64,000 nucleotides of DNA from a bacterium (lineage in GTDB: Bacteria; UBA8248; JACPRG01; G963555815). Made by a program: the position numbers and the translations under genes. The notes beneath the pieces are model-generated. The model worked only from the letters and a program-made list of their open reading frames with translations. It was not told the origin of the DNA and made no database searches. The stretch spans positions 480,001 to 544,000 of the forward strand of contig CBDHDG010000006.1 of assembly GCA_965261595.1 (NCBI GenBank), in the 5' to 3' direction. Numbering within the stretch: position 1 is the stretch's first letter; every line of letters begins with the position of its first letter. Positions 9,711 through 19,058 of the stretch are shown one piece after another.

Positions 9711-10373
9711 TCAGGCGTGAACCGCGTCCGCCTTCTTTTCTCCGGCCTCCTGCTTCTCTTCAGCCAGGATTTCCCGGATAACGCCCTCCCGAACTTCCGG
9801 CTTCGTCCAGGTGCCCTTGTAGACGATGTTCCCCTCCCGGTCGGCGATGTACGCCATGTTGGACAGCCAACCGAAGGCCTCGTAAATCTTCTGGTCCATA
9901 CCGTCCACCAGAACCGTTACCTTCTTGATACCCTTTTGCTCGACCAGCTCCTTGGCGTAGCCCATTTTCTGCTCATACGAAGCGTGAGCTTCGTACTTGC
10001 CGAAGATCCCTTCATTCGCGTGCGGCGCGCGGACGTAGATGTTGAAAATCTCCAAATCGTCCCCGTACCTTTCGGCCAGATTTTCCATGTGCGGCACTTG
10101 CCGCCGGTACGGCGGTCACGTGATAGCGCCGAACTCGAAGAGCTGGAGCTTCTTTCCGATCAGGTCCACCGTATTGACGCGGCGGCCGTCCGTGGTCTCG
10201 AGCTGGACCGTCGGGATCTTCGAGCCGAGGGCCGCCGCGTCCTGGAATTTTGCGTACACGGCGCTCACCTTCTCGTTGAATTTTATCTTGACGAGCTTCC
10301 ACCAGTTCAGGAACAGGAACGAGTAGAACTTGCTCGGCGGGTTTCTGCCGAATTCACCTCTGGTCTGAATCAT
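9711..10373 (-). CDS. Iodothyronine deiodinase-like thioredoxin-fold protein; predicted selenoprotein (TGA 10118-10116), 220 aa
   Basis: ORFs 10116-10427 and 9711-10097 are in frame. Reads FEFGAIT-U-PPY (cf. deiodinase FGSxTUPxF), then IYVRAPH. GGAGG RBS lies 6 nt before ATG 10373. Confidence 0.88.
10088..10115 (-). promoter_or_regulatory. Putative bacterial SECIS element
   Basis: Hairpin GCGGC-AAGT-GCCGC (10104-10091) with GT 19-20 nt after TGA; shares GCGGCAAGT with the 2814 element. Confidence 0.65.
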
Positions 10374-10736
10374 CCAATCCTCCCTGTCGGCCTCGGGATT
10401 TGCATCTCCTCCGGACACTCGCCACACAAACGGCCGGCCTCAGCGAGAAACCCTGCGGCGATCACGCGAATCACCCCATTTTCCATTTTACCCCCTAAGA
10501 TTGTAAATAAGCGAGGGCGCGTAATATTCCACCCGATTGCTCCATTCGCCCGGCCGACCCGGTCCGGGAGACCCCGGCCAACCGTCCCGCCGGTTGAAGG
10601 AAAAAACCCTTTCTGTTAACATCCAGGCCGACCCTGAAGCGAAGCGCCATTCCCCACCGAGAACCTTATCCTTGACGGGTCGCCTCACAACAGGAGGGGA
10701 TGGGCAACGGCGCGCGGGAACGCGGAGATTGGAACG

Positions 10737-11447
10737 ATGAGCGTCCTGTCCATCCAGCACGTGGGATGCGAGCCCATGGGTCTGCTTGAGGAGATCCTGG
10801 AGGAATACCGGATCGGCTACAGGTACGTCCGGCCCTACCTCGGCGAGCCGGTCCCGCAGACCCATTTCGGAATCGACCTCCTTATCCTCATGGGCGGCCC
10901 CATGAACGTCTACGAGCACACCGCCCACCCCTGGCTCCTGGATGAGGACGTCCTGATCCGGAACTGCCTGAAGGAACGGACCCCCATCCTCGGCATTTGC
11001 CTGGGGTCCCAGCTCATCGCGAAAGCGGCCGACGTCGAGGTGAGGGCGGGTCACGCCAAAGAAATCGGTTGGCACCCGATTCAGCTGACCCCCGAGGCCC
11101 GGGCCGACCCGGTCTTCGCCGGGATGGAGGAGGAGTTCCCCGTCTTTCACTGGCACGGAGACACGTTCGACCTGCCGGAAGGGGCCGTCCGCCTCGCGGG
11201 CTCGGCGATGTATCCGAACCAGGCCTACTGCCTGGCGGACAACGTCTACGCCTTCCAGTTCCACGTGGAAGTCACCCAGCCGATGGTCCGCGCGTGGTGC
11301 GCGGAATACCCGGAAGACGTGGAGACGGTGGATACCGCCATCGATGATCCACCCGTTTACGAAGGCTGCCGGGAGCGGATCGGCCCCCTGCACGAGAAGG
11401 CGCGGCAAATTTTTGTCAATTACTTCAGGCACATCCATCTGATCTGA
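10737..11447 (+). CDS. Type 1 glutamine amidotransferase-like protein
   Basis: MGGPM, GICLGSQL nucleophile, FQFHVE. Confidence 0.9.
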   Translation: MSVLSIQHVGCEPMGLLEEILEEYRIGYRYVRPYLGEPVPQTHFGIDLLILMGGPMNVYEHTAHPWLLDEDVLIRNCLKERTPILGICLGSQLIAKAADVEVRAGHAKEIGWHPIQLTPEARADPVFAGMEEEFPVFHWHGDTFDLPEGAVRLAGSAMYPNQAYCLADNVYAFQFHVEVTQPMVRAWCAEYPEDVETVDTAIDDPPVYEGCRERIGPLHEKARQIFVNYFRHIHLI

Positions 11448-11514
11448 TTCGCCGCCTGTCGCGGGGGCGCGCGTCGGCGCCCCCGCGAAGCCCATCCGCC
11501 CAGGAGTCCCGTTG

Positions 11515-12495
11515 ATGAATGCGCCTACCCCCGAGGGCCCCGCCGTCCGGGCGCCACGATTCAGCGTTCAAATCCCGCAGCAGGACATCCCCTACGCCGA
11601 GCTGGTGGAGATCGCCCTGGAGGCGGAAGACCTGGGCTACGATTCGGTCTGGGTCTTCGATCATTTCTTCCCCATCATCGGACGCCCGGAGGGGCCCTGC
11701 ATGGACGGCTGGACGGTCCTCTCCGCGCTGGCGGCGCTGACAAAGCGGGTCCGCCTCGGCGTCCTGGTCAGTGGAATCACGTACCGTCATCCGTCCGTTC
11801 TGGCCAAGATGGCGACGACGATCGACATCATCAGCGGGGGGCGGCTGGATTTCGGCCTGGGGGGCGCCTGGTTCGAGCTGGAACACCGGGCGTTGGGCAT
11901 CCCGTTTCCCGGCATCCGCGAACGGCTCGAGCGGCTGGAGGAGGCCCTTCAGCTCACCCGCCTGCTCTGGACGCGGGGGACCGAGGGCAAGGTCGATTTC
12001 GAGGGAAAGCACTATCAGCTCCACGAGGCGCTTTGCAATCCCGCCCCGGTCCAGAAGCCTCACCCGCCCATCATGGTCGGCGGGGGGGGCGAGAAGCGAA
12101 CGCTGCGCACCGTCGCCCGCCACGCGGATCTGTGGAACACCTTCGGCTCGCCAGAGGTTTTTCGCCGCAAGCTCTCCATCCTGCGCGGACATTGCGAGGC
12201 CGAAGGCCGGAACCCGGACGACATCGAGAGCTCGGTTCTCCTTGCCACCTATGTCAGCGAGGATTCCCGATCGGTGGATCGGGTCGTGAAGGAAACCGCC
12301 GCGAAAATGGCTCAGTCGGAAGAGGGGGCCCGCCAAGCGATGCTTGTCGGGGACCCCGACGCGGTCACGGACCGGATCCGGGAGTATCACGACGCGGGCG
12401 TCACCCACATCTTTTTCGGGTGCATGCCGGTCTGGGATCGCCCCTCCCTGCGCCGGTTCGCCGCGGAAGTGATCCCGAGATTCAGGGACGCCTGA
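11515..12495 (+). CDS. Luciferase-like (LLM) flavin/F420-dependent oxidoreductase
   Basis: GYDSVWVFDHF, YRHPSVLAKMATTIDIISGGRL, PPIMVGGGGEKRTL. Confidence 0.88.
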   Translation: MNAPTPEGPAVRAPRFSVQIPQQDIPYAELVEIALEAEDLGYDSVWVFDHFFPIIGRPEGPCMDGWTVLSALAALTKRVRLGVLVSGITYRHPSVLAKMATTIDIISGGRLDFGLGGAWFELEHRALGIPFPGIRERLERLEEALQLTRLLWTRGTEGKVDFEGKHYQLHEALCNPAPVQKPHPPIMVGGGGEKRTLRTVARHADLWNTFGSPEVFRRKLSILRGHCEAEGRNPDDIESSVLLATYVSEDSRSVDRVVKETAAKMAQSEEGARQAMLVGDPDAVTDRIREYHDAGVTHIFFGCMPVWDRPSLRRFAAEVIPRFRDA

Positions 12496-12577
12496 GCGGC
12501 GGGTCCGGCCGGCCCGAATCCTGAAGGACCGTCCAAGTCGTCCCCATCCGGGACAGATATCCACTTCGGAGAAAACC

Positions 12578-13801
12578 ATGGATTCATTCGCCCGCGGAAC
12601 CTTCAACGTGGACTACGAGGCCCGCATCGATTGGGATCGCCTGCGACTTGAACGGGTCGAGAAGACCCAGCGGCGCATGAAGGCCGAGGGCATCGACGCC
12701 CTCCTTCTCTGGCAGGATGAGAACGTCCGCTACCTGACGAGTCAGCGGGCCATCATGCTCCAGTACCGCTCGGTGACCCACTACGGGGTGCTCCTCGGGC
12801 AGGAGGCCGGCCCGGTGCTGTTGACCTCGGGCGGAGAGATCGACCGGGTCCGGGAGGCGATGCCCTGGGTCCCGCACATCGAGGCCATCCCCCACATGAC
12901 CGAGCCGGGTCTGGTCGAGAACGTGACGCGAAACCAGATTCTCCCCCACCTCGAAGCGTTCGGCGCGGACCGGGGAAAGGTCGGAATCGACGCGGCCACG
13001 TTCACCATGCGCCAAGTCTTCGAGAAAGAGCTTGCGGGCGTCGAGTGGGTCGACGGCGAGCACTTCATGTACCTGTCGCGCGTCCGGAAGCTCCCGGACG
13101 AGATCCAGGCCCTCCAGGAGGCCACGGCCATCGCCGACGCCGTCACGCAAACGGCCATCGACCACGTCCGCGCGGGCGTGCGGGAGTGCGAGGTGGCGGC
13201 CGAGGCCATGCGGACGCTCTTCCGGCTCGGGGGGGAATTCGCCCACCTGGCCAGCCCGTTCGTGGCGTCGGGGGAGAGGATGTCGCCGCCGACCCGTTTC
13301 GCCACGGACAAGATCATCCGCCACGGCGACATCGTCTTCATCGACATCGGCGCCATGTGGGGGGGATACTTCGGAGACGTGGGGCGGACGGTGATTTGCG
13401 GAAAACCCTCCCGCCGCCAACAGGAGATCTACACCGCCGTCTACGAGTGCCTGCACGCCGGGGTCGAGCAAATGCGGCCCGGGAACACGAACGTCCAGGC
13501 CACCCGGGCGTTTCTCGACAAGGCCGCCGAGCACGGCCTGGAGAAAAACTTCATCAACCTCTACATCGGGCACGGCTGCGGCGTCAGCCCCAACGAGCCG
13601 CCCTACGTGGGCGAGGCGGCCACGGGGGCGATGGAGATCGAGTTCCGGCCCGACATGGTGTTCGCCATCGAGCCGCTCATCTGGGTCCCGAACGTCCGGG
13701 GCGGAGGCGGAGTCAGGGTGGAGGACATGATCTGGGTTCGGGAGGACGGTCCCGAGTACATGAGCCGCGCGCCGTACTGCGAGGAGCTTCTCATCCGATA
13801 A
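12578..13801 (+). CDS. M24 family (Xaa-Pro peptidase/creatinase-like) protein
   Basis: Creatinase N-domain; metal ligands in IDIG, GDVGRT, GHG, IEP, VED. Confidence 0.88.
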   Translation: MDSFARGTFNVDYEARIDWDRLRLERVEKTQRRMKAEGIDALLLWQDENVRYLTSQRAIMLQYRSVTHYGVLLGQEAGPVLLTSGGEIDRVREAMPWVPHIEAIPHMTEPGLVENVTRNQILPHLEAFGADRGKVGIDAATFTMRQVFEKELAGVEWVDGEHFMYLSRVRKLPDEIQALQEATAIADAVTQTAIDHVRAGVRECEVAAEAMRTLFRLGGEFAHLASPFVASGERMSPPTRFATDKIIRHGDIVFIDIGAMWGGYFGDVGRTVICGKPSRRQQEIYTAVYECLHAGVEQMRPGNTNVQATRAFLDKAAEHGLEKNFINLYIGHGCGVSPNEPPYVGEAATGAMEIEFRPDMVFAIEPLIWVPNVRGGGGVRVEDMIWVREDGPEYMSRAPYCEELLIR

Positions 13802-13817
13802 TCCGGTGTCTTTCATT

Positions 13818-13993
13818 GTAAGGGCGGGGCTCTGTACCCGCCCGCACCCGTAGGGGCGCACGGCCGTGCGCCCGCTTTCTGCCAACGCCAACCTACACAC
13901 GATCCTTCGTAGGGACGGGTCGGAGCCTGTGCTGATCCAAGCGAAGTATCCCGGCCTGAATCATCGTGGGTAGGGCGGGCTTCCAGCCCGCCT
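13818..13993 (+). repeat. Cluster of four GTAG-type REP palindromes
   Basis: GTAAGGGCGGG..CCCGCCC (13818), GTAGGGGCGCACGGCCGTGCGCCC (13850), GTAGGGACGGG..CCTGT (13909), GTAGGGCGGGCTTCCAGCCCGCC (13970), between convergent genes. Confidence 0.75.
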
Positions 13994-14025
13994 TCCAGCT
14001 TGCGCGCCGGCGCCTCCTTGCACGG

Positions 14026-14739
14026 TCAAACCGAAGGCTTGAGGATCTCCACGCCGAGCGGCTTGTTCTGCGGGCCGCTGCACCCCCCCGGGCAGGCGGA
14101 GATCGCGACGATGCAGTCCATCTCGGCGTACAGATCGATGGAATCCCCCTTCTTCGCTTCGGCGTCCAGGAAGAAGAGGCGGTCCCCCTCATCGATCCCT
14201 GTCGTCATGAAGATGTTGAACGCGTCGTGCACATGGTCGGGGCTCAGGCCGAATTCCGCGATCGCGCGGGCCAGGTTGTTCTGACAATTCGGGCGGCCCT
14301 TCTCGCCCGTCAACAGCTCGAAGTACACCTCGTTGCATCTCGAAAAAAGCAAATCGTGCGAGGCCGCGCCGTGCGGGAGGGGCCTGTGCTCAACCGTATC
14401 GGCGATGATCGTGAACATGGGACGCATCCCGGGCGGCGTGCTCCAAAGCTGACTTCCAACCGTCAGGTGCGCCCCCTCGAATATCCGGGTCCTCCCAGAC
14501 CAGAACATCTCCCGGGGGTCGTCTTTGCCGAAGGCGTTGAAATCCGCCACTTGGGATCCTTCAACCTCGATCACGCGCAGGACCTGACCCTTCTCGACGA
14601 CGAAGGCCCGGCCGGTTTCTTTCGGAATGACGAATTCCTGAAGCAGCTCGCCGTCCTCGCGGCCTTCGGCAAGCCTCTGATAGAAAGCTTCATCTTTGAC
14701 GTGGAACTTCGGATGTTGGTCGAACTTTTTCGGGTTCAT
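14026..14739 (-). CDS. DUF1989 / urea carboxylase-associated family protein
   Basis: QVADF, HDLLFSRC, NCQNNL, AFNIFM, ISACP. Confidence 0.88.
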   Translation of the reverse strand: MNPKKFDQHPKFHVKDEAFYQRLAEGREDGELLQEFVIPKETGRAFVVEKGQVLRVIEVEGSQVADFNAFGKDDPREMFWSGRTRIFEGAHLTVGSQLWSTPPGMRPMFTIIADTVEHRPLPHGAASHDLLFSRCNEVYFELLTGEKGRPNCQNNLARAIAEFGLSPDHVHDAFNIFMTTGIDEGDRLFFLDAEAKKGDSIDLYAEMDCIVAISACPGGCSGPQNKPLGVEILKPSV

Positions 14740-14887
14740 CCACGCTTCCCCATGATCCCGGCCTGAAATGAAAAGGCGGCCCCATCAGGGCCGCCCGCTT
14801 CGCCAATGAGAGACTCTTCCGGGGAGGAAGAGGGGGGGGTCCGGAAGAAGATGCCCGTAAAAAACCTCCGGAGCGAGATCCGCCTCC

Positions 14888-15541
14888 TTACCGCTTCACC
14901 GCCGCGCCCCGCTCGGCCCAAGCGGCGATGACCTCATCGGCCTTGCCGACCCGGCCGAAGAACCTGCGGGCGTTGGCGAGGGTGCCTTCGTGAAACTCCT
15001 TGCTCGTCGTCGCGCAGGCGTCCTCGACGATGACGACGTTGTAATCCAGCATGAAGCCCTCCCGGGCCGTGCTCTCGACACACACGTTCGTGGCCACGCC
15101 CGTCATGATGATCGTCTTCACGCCCAGGTTTCGCAGCATCAGGTCCAGGTTGGTCCCGGTGAATCCGCCGTAGCGGTTCTTCGTCAGGAGAACGTCGCCG
15201 TCCTTCGGCTCGAACCCCTCGCAAAGCTCCGCCCCCCAGCTTCCCTCTTCCACGATGGGGACGGCGTCGGGACCGAAGTTGAGCTCCTCCAGGCGCTGTT
15301 TGGCCGGCCAATCAGCCTCCGGCGAGCGGGCGACCCGGAAGATGACGACCTTGCAGCCGGCGCCGCGGGCCTCCTCCATCAGATTTTCAAGACGGGGGAG
15401 GATCTCCTGGATCGGGCCCATGTCCGTGCCCAGCTTCCCGAAGGCCCCCTCGTCATGGCAGAAATCGTTCTGAACGTCGATCACAATGAGCGCCGAGGTG
15501 GAGGGGTCCACCCATTCGCCCAGGTCGGTTACGTCCTTCAT
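14888..15541 (-). CDS. Cysteine hydrolase (isochorismatase family, RutB-like)
   Basis: IDVQNDF, KNRYGGF, GVATNVCVESTAR (D-K-C triad). Confidence 0.9.
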   Translation of the reverse strand: MKDVTDLGEWVDPSTSALIVIDVQNDFCHDEGAFGKLGTDMGPIQEILPRLENLMEEARGAGCKVVIFRVARSPEADWPAKQRLEELNFGPDAVPIVEEGSWGAELCEGFEPKDGDVLLTKNRYGGFTGTNLDLMLRNLGVKTIIMTGVATNVCVESTAREGFMLDYNVVIVEDACATTSKEFHEGTLANARRFFGRVGKADEVIAAWAERGAAVKR

Positions 15542-15670
15542 CGTCAGCCCTCCTCCCCCATTCGGTTAACGCCCAAGCGCCCTTGAAGCGCGGCGGAATT
15601 CAGCGGATTATTGAAAAACAGTCTAGGGGAAATGGACGCCCCAGTTCAAGCCAATCAAGCCGGTCCAGTA

Positions 15671-15825
15671 TAGAACCTATCTCAAAATCCCATTTCCCAC
15701 TCCTTGGGCCTTTGGTCGTCATTCCCGCGAAAGCGGGAATCCAGTGTTTTCAAGCTTCTCTGGATGCCCGCCTACGACATGAGGACATGACGGTTCGGAT
15801 ACGACCGATTTCGAGATAGGTTCTA
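15671..15825. mobile_element. 155-bp MITE-like element containing a CGTC-type REP pair
   Basis: Inverted ends TAGAACCTATCTCAAAATC / GATTTCGAGATAGGTTCTA (18/19 match). Internal CGTCATTCCCGCGAAAGCGGGAATCCAG (15717-15744) and a degenerate inverted copy (15760-15792). Confidence 0.75.
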
Positions 15826-16023
15826 GTGTCTCGTAAAAGGTTTTACATTTCGTGACCCGAATGGTCCCGCTCCGGCCGGGCAAGGAGTCAACCGACCCAA
15901 ACGCCCGGCCTGCCGAAAGGTGTAAACCCGGTGTTTTCAAAGGGAATTATATAGATAAGTGGCATTTCCCCCTTAACATCCGTGCCACTTTCCTATAGGA
16001 TTATCTGTAGGAGGTCAAGGGAG

Positions 16024-17011
16024 ATGGCACACAAAGCACCTGGAAAAGCCCACCGCGTAGGACTCGGATTCGTCCAGTTCACCGAGATGTTCCCCGACAA
16101 CGAGACGGCGGAGAAGTGGATTGCCGAAGTGCGGTGGCCCGATGGCCCGCGTTGCCCAGTGTGCGACTCGGACAAGGTGCAGCACCCGACCGGTCACAAG
16201 ACCATGCCGTACCGGTGCCAAGTCAAGGGATGCCGGCAGAAGTTCAGTGTGAAGACCGGCACCGTCATGGAATCGTCGAAGGTCACCTATCGGGAGTGGG
16301 CCATTGCCGTGTACCTGTTCTGTACGAACCTCAAGGGCGTGTCGTCCATGAAGCTGCACCGGGACCTGAACCGGACTCAAAAGACGAGCTGGCATCTTGC
16401 CCACCGGCTCCGCGAGGCATGGGTGCATGACGAAGGGTTTGCGTTCACCGGACCGGTTGAAGTAGACGAGACCTACATGGGTGGCAAGGAACGCAACAAG
16501 CATGGCGTCAAGAAGATCAACAAGGGTCGTGGGCCTGTTGGCAAGAAGGCGGTTATCGGCATGAAGGACCGGGACACCAACTGGGTCACCGCCATGACGA
16601 TAGACAGGACGGACGCGCCCACGTTGCAGGGTTTCGTGCTTGGGGCAGGTGGCACCCGACGCGAAGGTGTACACCGATGACCACGGCGGGTATTACGGCC
16701 TGCCGAACCACGAGACGGTCAAGCACTCCGTGGGCGAGTACGTGGACGGACAGGCCCACACGAACGGTATCGAGTCCTTTTGGTCCATGCTCAAGAGGGG
16801 CTACCACGGGGTGTACCACCGCATGAGTCCCGAGCACCTGGACAGGTACGTGACGGAGTTCTCGGGACGCCACAATCTGCGGAATGAGGATACGGTTGCC
16901 CAGATGGTCGCCGTGTTCCGGGGCACGGTCGGACGGCGGTTGAAGTACGATGACCTGATTGCCCCCAAGCTCGCTCCGGTGCTGACCGCGCCGGGGAGCG
17001 ACGTGTTCTAG
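16024..17011 (+). pseudogene. IS1595 transposase, +1 frameshift near 16642-16645
   Basis: Zn ribbon CPVC/C..GC, VEVDETY in one frame; VYTD, HTNGIESFWS, YVTEF in the next. An extra G in GGGG separates them (may be a sequencing error). Confidence 0.88.
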
Positions 17012-17062
17012 GGAGGCGGCTTGGCTGGGGAATTATAGCGGATAGCCAAGCCGCCCATGGCA

Positions 17063-17290
17063 TCAAGCGGAAATCCATTTGAGGTATGCGAAGACCAAGG
17101 AAAGTGCCGTGGCAATAGAGACTAGCGCGCCCATGACTACCTGGAACTTGGTGGGATAATGCTTGTCGAGATCATTGCGGAGGCCGGTGACTCTTTGTCC
17201 AAGAACGGCAACTTTGACTGCGATATCTTCCCTATCCTCACGGTCGCCTTCCTGTGGCGGGGGTCCGCCGGGAGGTCGCCGAACCGCCAT
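17063..17290 (-). CDS. Small hypothetical protein with C-terminal TM helix (IS cargo)
   Basis: Start overlaps the upstream stop (TAATG); short coiled segment then a hydrophobic helix. Confidence 0.55.
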   Translation of the reverse strand: MAVRRPPGGPPPQEGDREDREDIAVKVAVLGQRVTGLRNDLDKHYPTKFQVVMGALVSIATALSLVFAYLKWISA

Positions 17291-17574
17291 TACTTCCGAC
17301 TTTCAGCTTCCGTAAGCCACTCCCAAAGGGACGGCGACGTGTAGCCTGAATATGCGCCATTCAACTTGAAGACTGCGCCGGTCGCGGCGTCGACCTGCTG
17401 AGCCCCCTTGATGCCGATGTTTTCAGCAATCGTCTCGGTAAGCTCTCCCGAAACAAGATAGACCCTGTTGGAAAAGTCGTAATGGTTGGGGTAGTGCGCC
17501 TCGATTTTTTCGGTGACTGCCCCTACGGCATCATCGGGAATATCTTCGTCCAGCACAATAATGAAGATCGGCAT
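17290..17574 (-). CDS. Hypothetical 94-aa protein (IS cargo)
   Basis: G-rich RBS, alpha/beta pattern, ends LWEWL; coupled to the downstream ORF. Confidence 0.65.
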   Translation of the reverse strand: MPIFIIVLDEDIPDDAVGAVTEKIEAHYPNHYDFSNRVYLVSGELTETIAENIGIKGAQQVDAATGAVFKLNGAYSGYTSPSLWEWLTEAESRK

Positions 17575-17867
17575 TGGTCAACCCCCCCCTCTCTCGTGAG
17601 GCATGACCCCACTGTTAACACGAAACCGCCTTCCGTTCGAGAGGATTCTGACCCTCTTGTGCGCCCGTGGGTTGTGATGTGAATGGAGCACGCGACGTTG
17701 TACGACACAACGTGTACCGTGAAAAAATCTCGACCTTCCCGGTCATCAACCTCCGCGTTTCCGGTTGACATCTCCGCCCACCCTTCCTAGTCTCGCACCC
17801 GAACGCATCCAACGGGAGTCCCGGCAACCTCGCCGGGACATTGATCCGAACCAACGGGAGGCATGAC

Positions 17868-18619
17868 ATGAAGAAGGCCGGAGGAATCATCGGAGTCGTA
17901 GCGGGCACCTTGGGCGTGATCGCCGCTTTCATCACTCTGTTCGTGGGCGGGGTGGCTCTGCCCTCGAAGCGGAAGGAGCAAGCACGGTAGTCGGCCTCGG
18001 CTGGGCCGGCGTGTTCTGCTCGTTCTTGGTCATCGGGCTCGGCACCGCCACCATTGCCGCCAAGGGCAAGCTCTCCGCTTGGCTGCTCGTGGTCGTGTCC
18101 CTCATCACGGCGGTCGTAGGCGGAACGATTGTCGCCATCTTCATGGCCCTCGCCTTGCTGGGTGGCATCCTGGCACTCTTGGATCGCACCCCGTCAGCCT
18201 CGATAGGCGTACTGTTGCCTTTCCTGGCGGTTGCATTCACGCTTCCAGCTTTCTCGGCACCGGTTCCTGTCAAACTGTCCGAGTATGCGTTCGATTTTCC
18301 AAAGTACGGCCATGAGATCACGGTAGACGGCAAAACCCGGAACCTTCAGGAAAAACTGACGGCGGACGACTACATCACCATCGACGATGATGGGTACAAG
18401 CTGAAGACGCTCATTGACCGGATGGGCCGTAAAGATCGCCAGCAGTTTATTTCGTTCTTCAACGAACACTGCATCACAGGCTTTATGGGGAAGCCCTGCG
18501 CGATCACGGCCTCAGGGGAAATCGAGTTGAACGAAGACATGAAAATGATCTTCCGGATGAGTACGACGAAGATCAGCAAAGGCGGAGAAGAGTGGTCGAA
18601 TGCCAACAAGGCCAAGTGA
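17868..18619 (+). pseudogene. Membrane protein with C-terminal soluble domain, frameshift near 17954 (IS cargo)
   Basis: GGAGG + ATG 17868 gives MKKAGGIIGVVAGTLGVIAAFITLFVGGV. It continues as GSALEAEGASTVVGLGWAG into ORF 18011-18619 if one G is restored. Confidence 0.6.
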
Positions 18620-18640
18620 TCCCTGCGAGGAGAAAACCCG

Positions 18641-18847
18641 ATGAAGACCAAGGGCAAGCGGAAGCCTATCAAGCTGACCCACCCGGAGTACCAGCCGACG
18701 AAGGCCGAGCAGGAAGAACAGACGGTGCTGAGGAACGCGGACGGGTCGGTGCCCACGCCGACCGAAGTCATGCGCGCCCTGACCCGTCCCGTCGAAGTCG
18801 CCTACCTGGAGAAGCCCAAGAGAGCCAGCCTTTCACGCCCCTCCTAG
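18641..18847 (+). CDS. Small basic hypothetical protein at IS right end
   Basis: GAGGAG RBS, 68 aa, ends 14 nt before the right TIR. Confidence 0.6.
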   Translation: MKTKGKRKPIKLTHPEYQPTKAEQEEQTVLRNADGSVPTPTEVMRALTRPVEVAYLEKPKRASLSRPS

Positions 18848-18896
18848 CCTAGCAGGGAGCGTGCCACTTATCTATATAATTCCCTTTTCAAAACAG

Positions 18897-18920
18897 GTAG
18901 GGCGGGCATCTTGCCCGCCT
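18897..18920 (+). repeat. GTAG-type REP
   Basis: GTAGGGCGGGCATCTTGCCCGCCT; related copies at 13970 (+) and 30296-30319 (-). Confidence 0.7.
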
Positions 18921-19058
18921 TCTCCGCTCAGCGGGCCGGGAGGGGGAAAGGGGGAGGGGGGAGAGGGGGGGATTGATCCCGCCACGTTCACCGCTTTATA
19001 ATGACTTTCATCCTTCAATGAAGAATGGACTGACCCATCGCATGGGAGACCGATTGCC

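Larger units (their letters stand above)
15942..18884 (+). mobile_element. IS1595-family element with passenger genes (2943 bp)
   Basis: Perfect 23-bp TIR GGGAATTATATAGATAAGTGGCA; 8-bp target duplication TTTTCAAA at 15934-15941 and 18885-18892. Confidence 0.95.

Noticed and set aside
13818..13993. CRISPR array
   Set aside because: The repeats differ in sequence, spacing is irregular and no cas genes are present; REP fits better.
16630..16660. Programmed frameshift in the IS1595 transposase
   Set aside because: IS1595 transposases are single ORFs and no slippery heptamer is present; a mutation or sequencing error is more likely.
15542..19058. Guanidine riboswitch upstream of the DUF1989 genes
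   Set aside because: No ykkC-type or paired ACGR hairpin consensus recognised by eye; an Rfam scan would be decisive.
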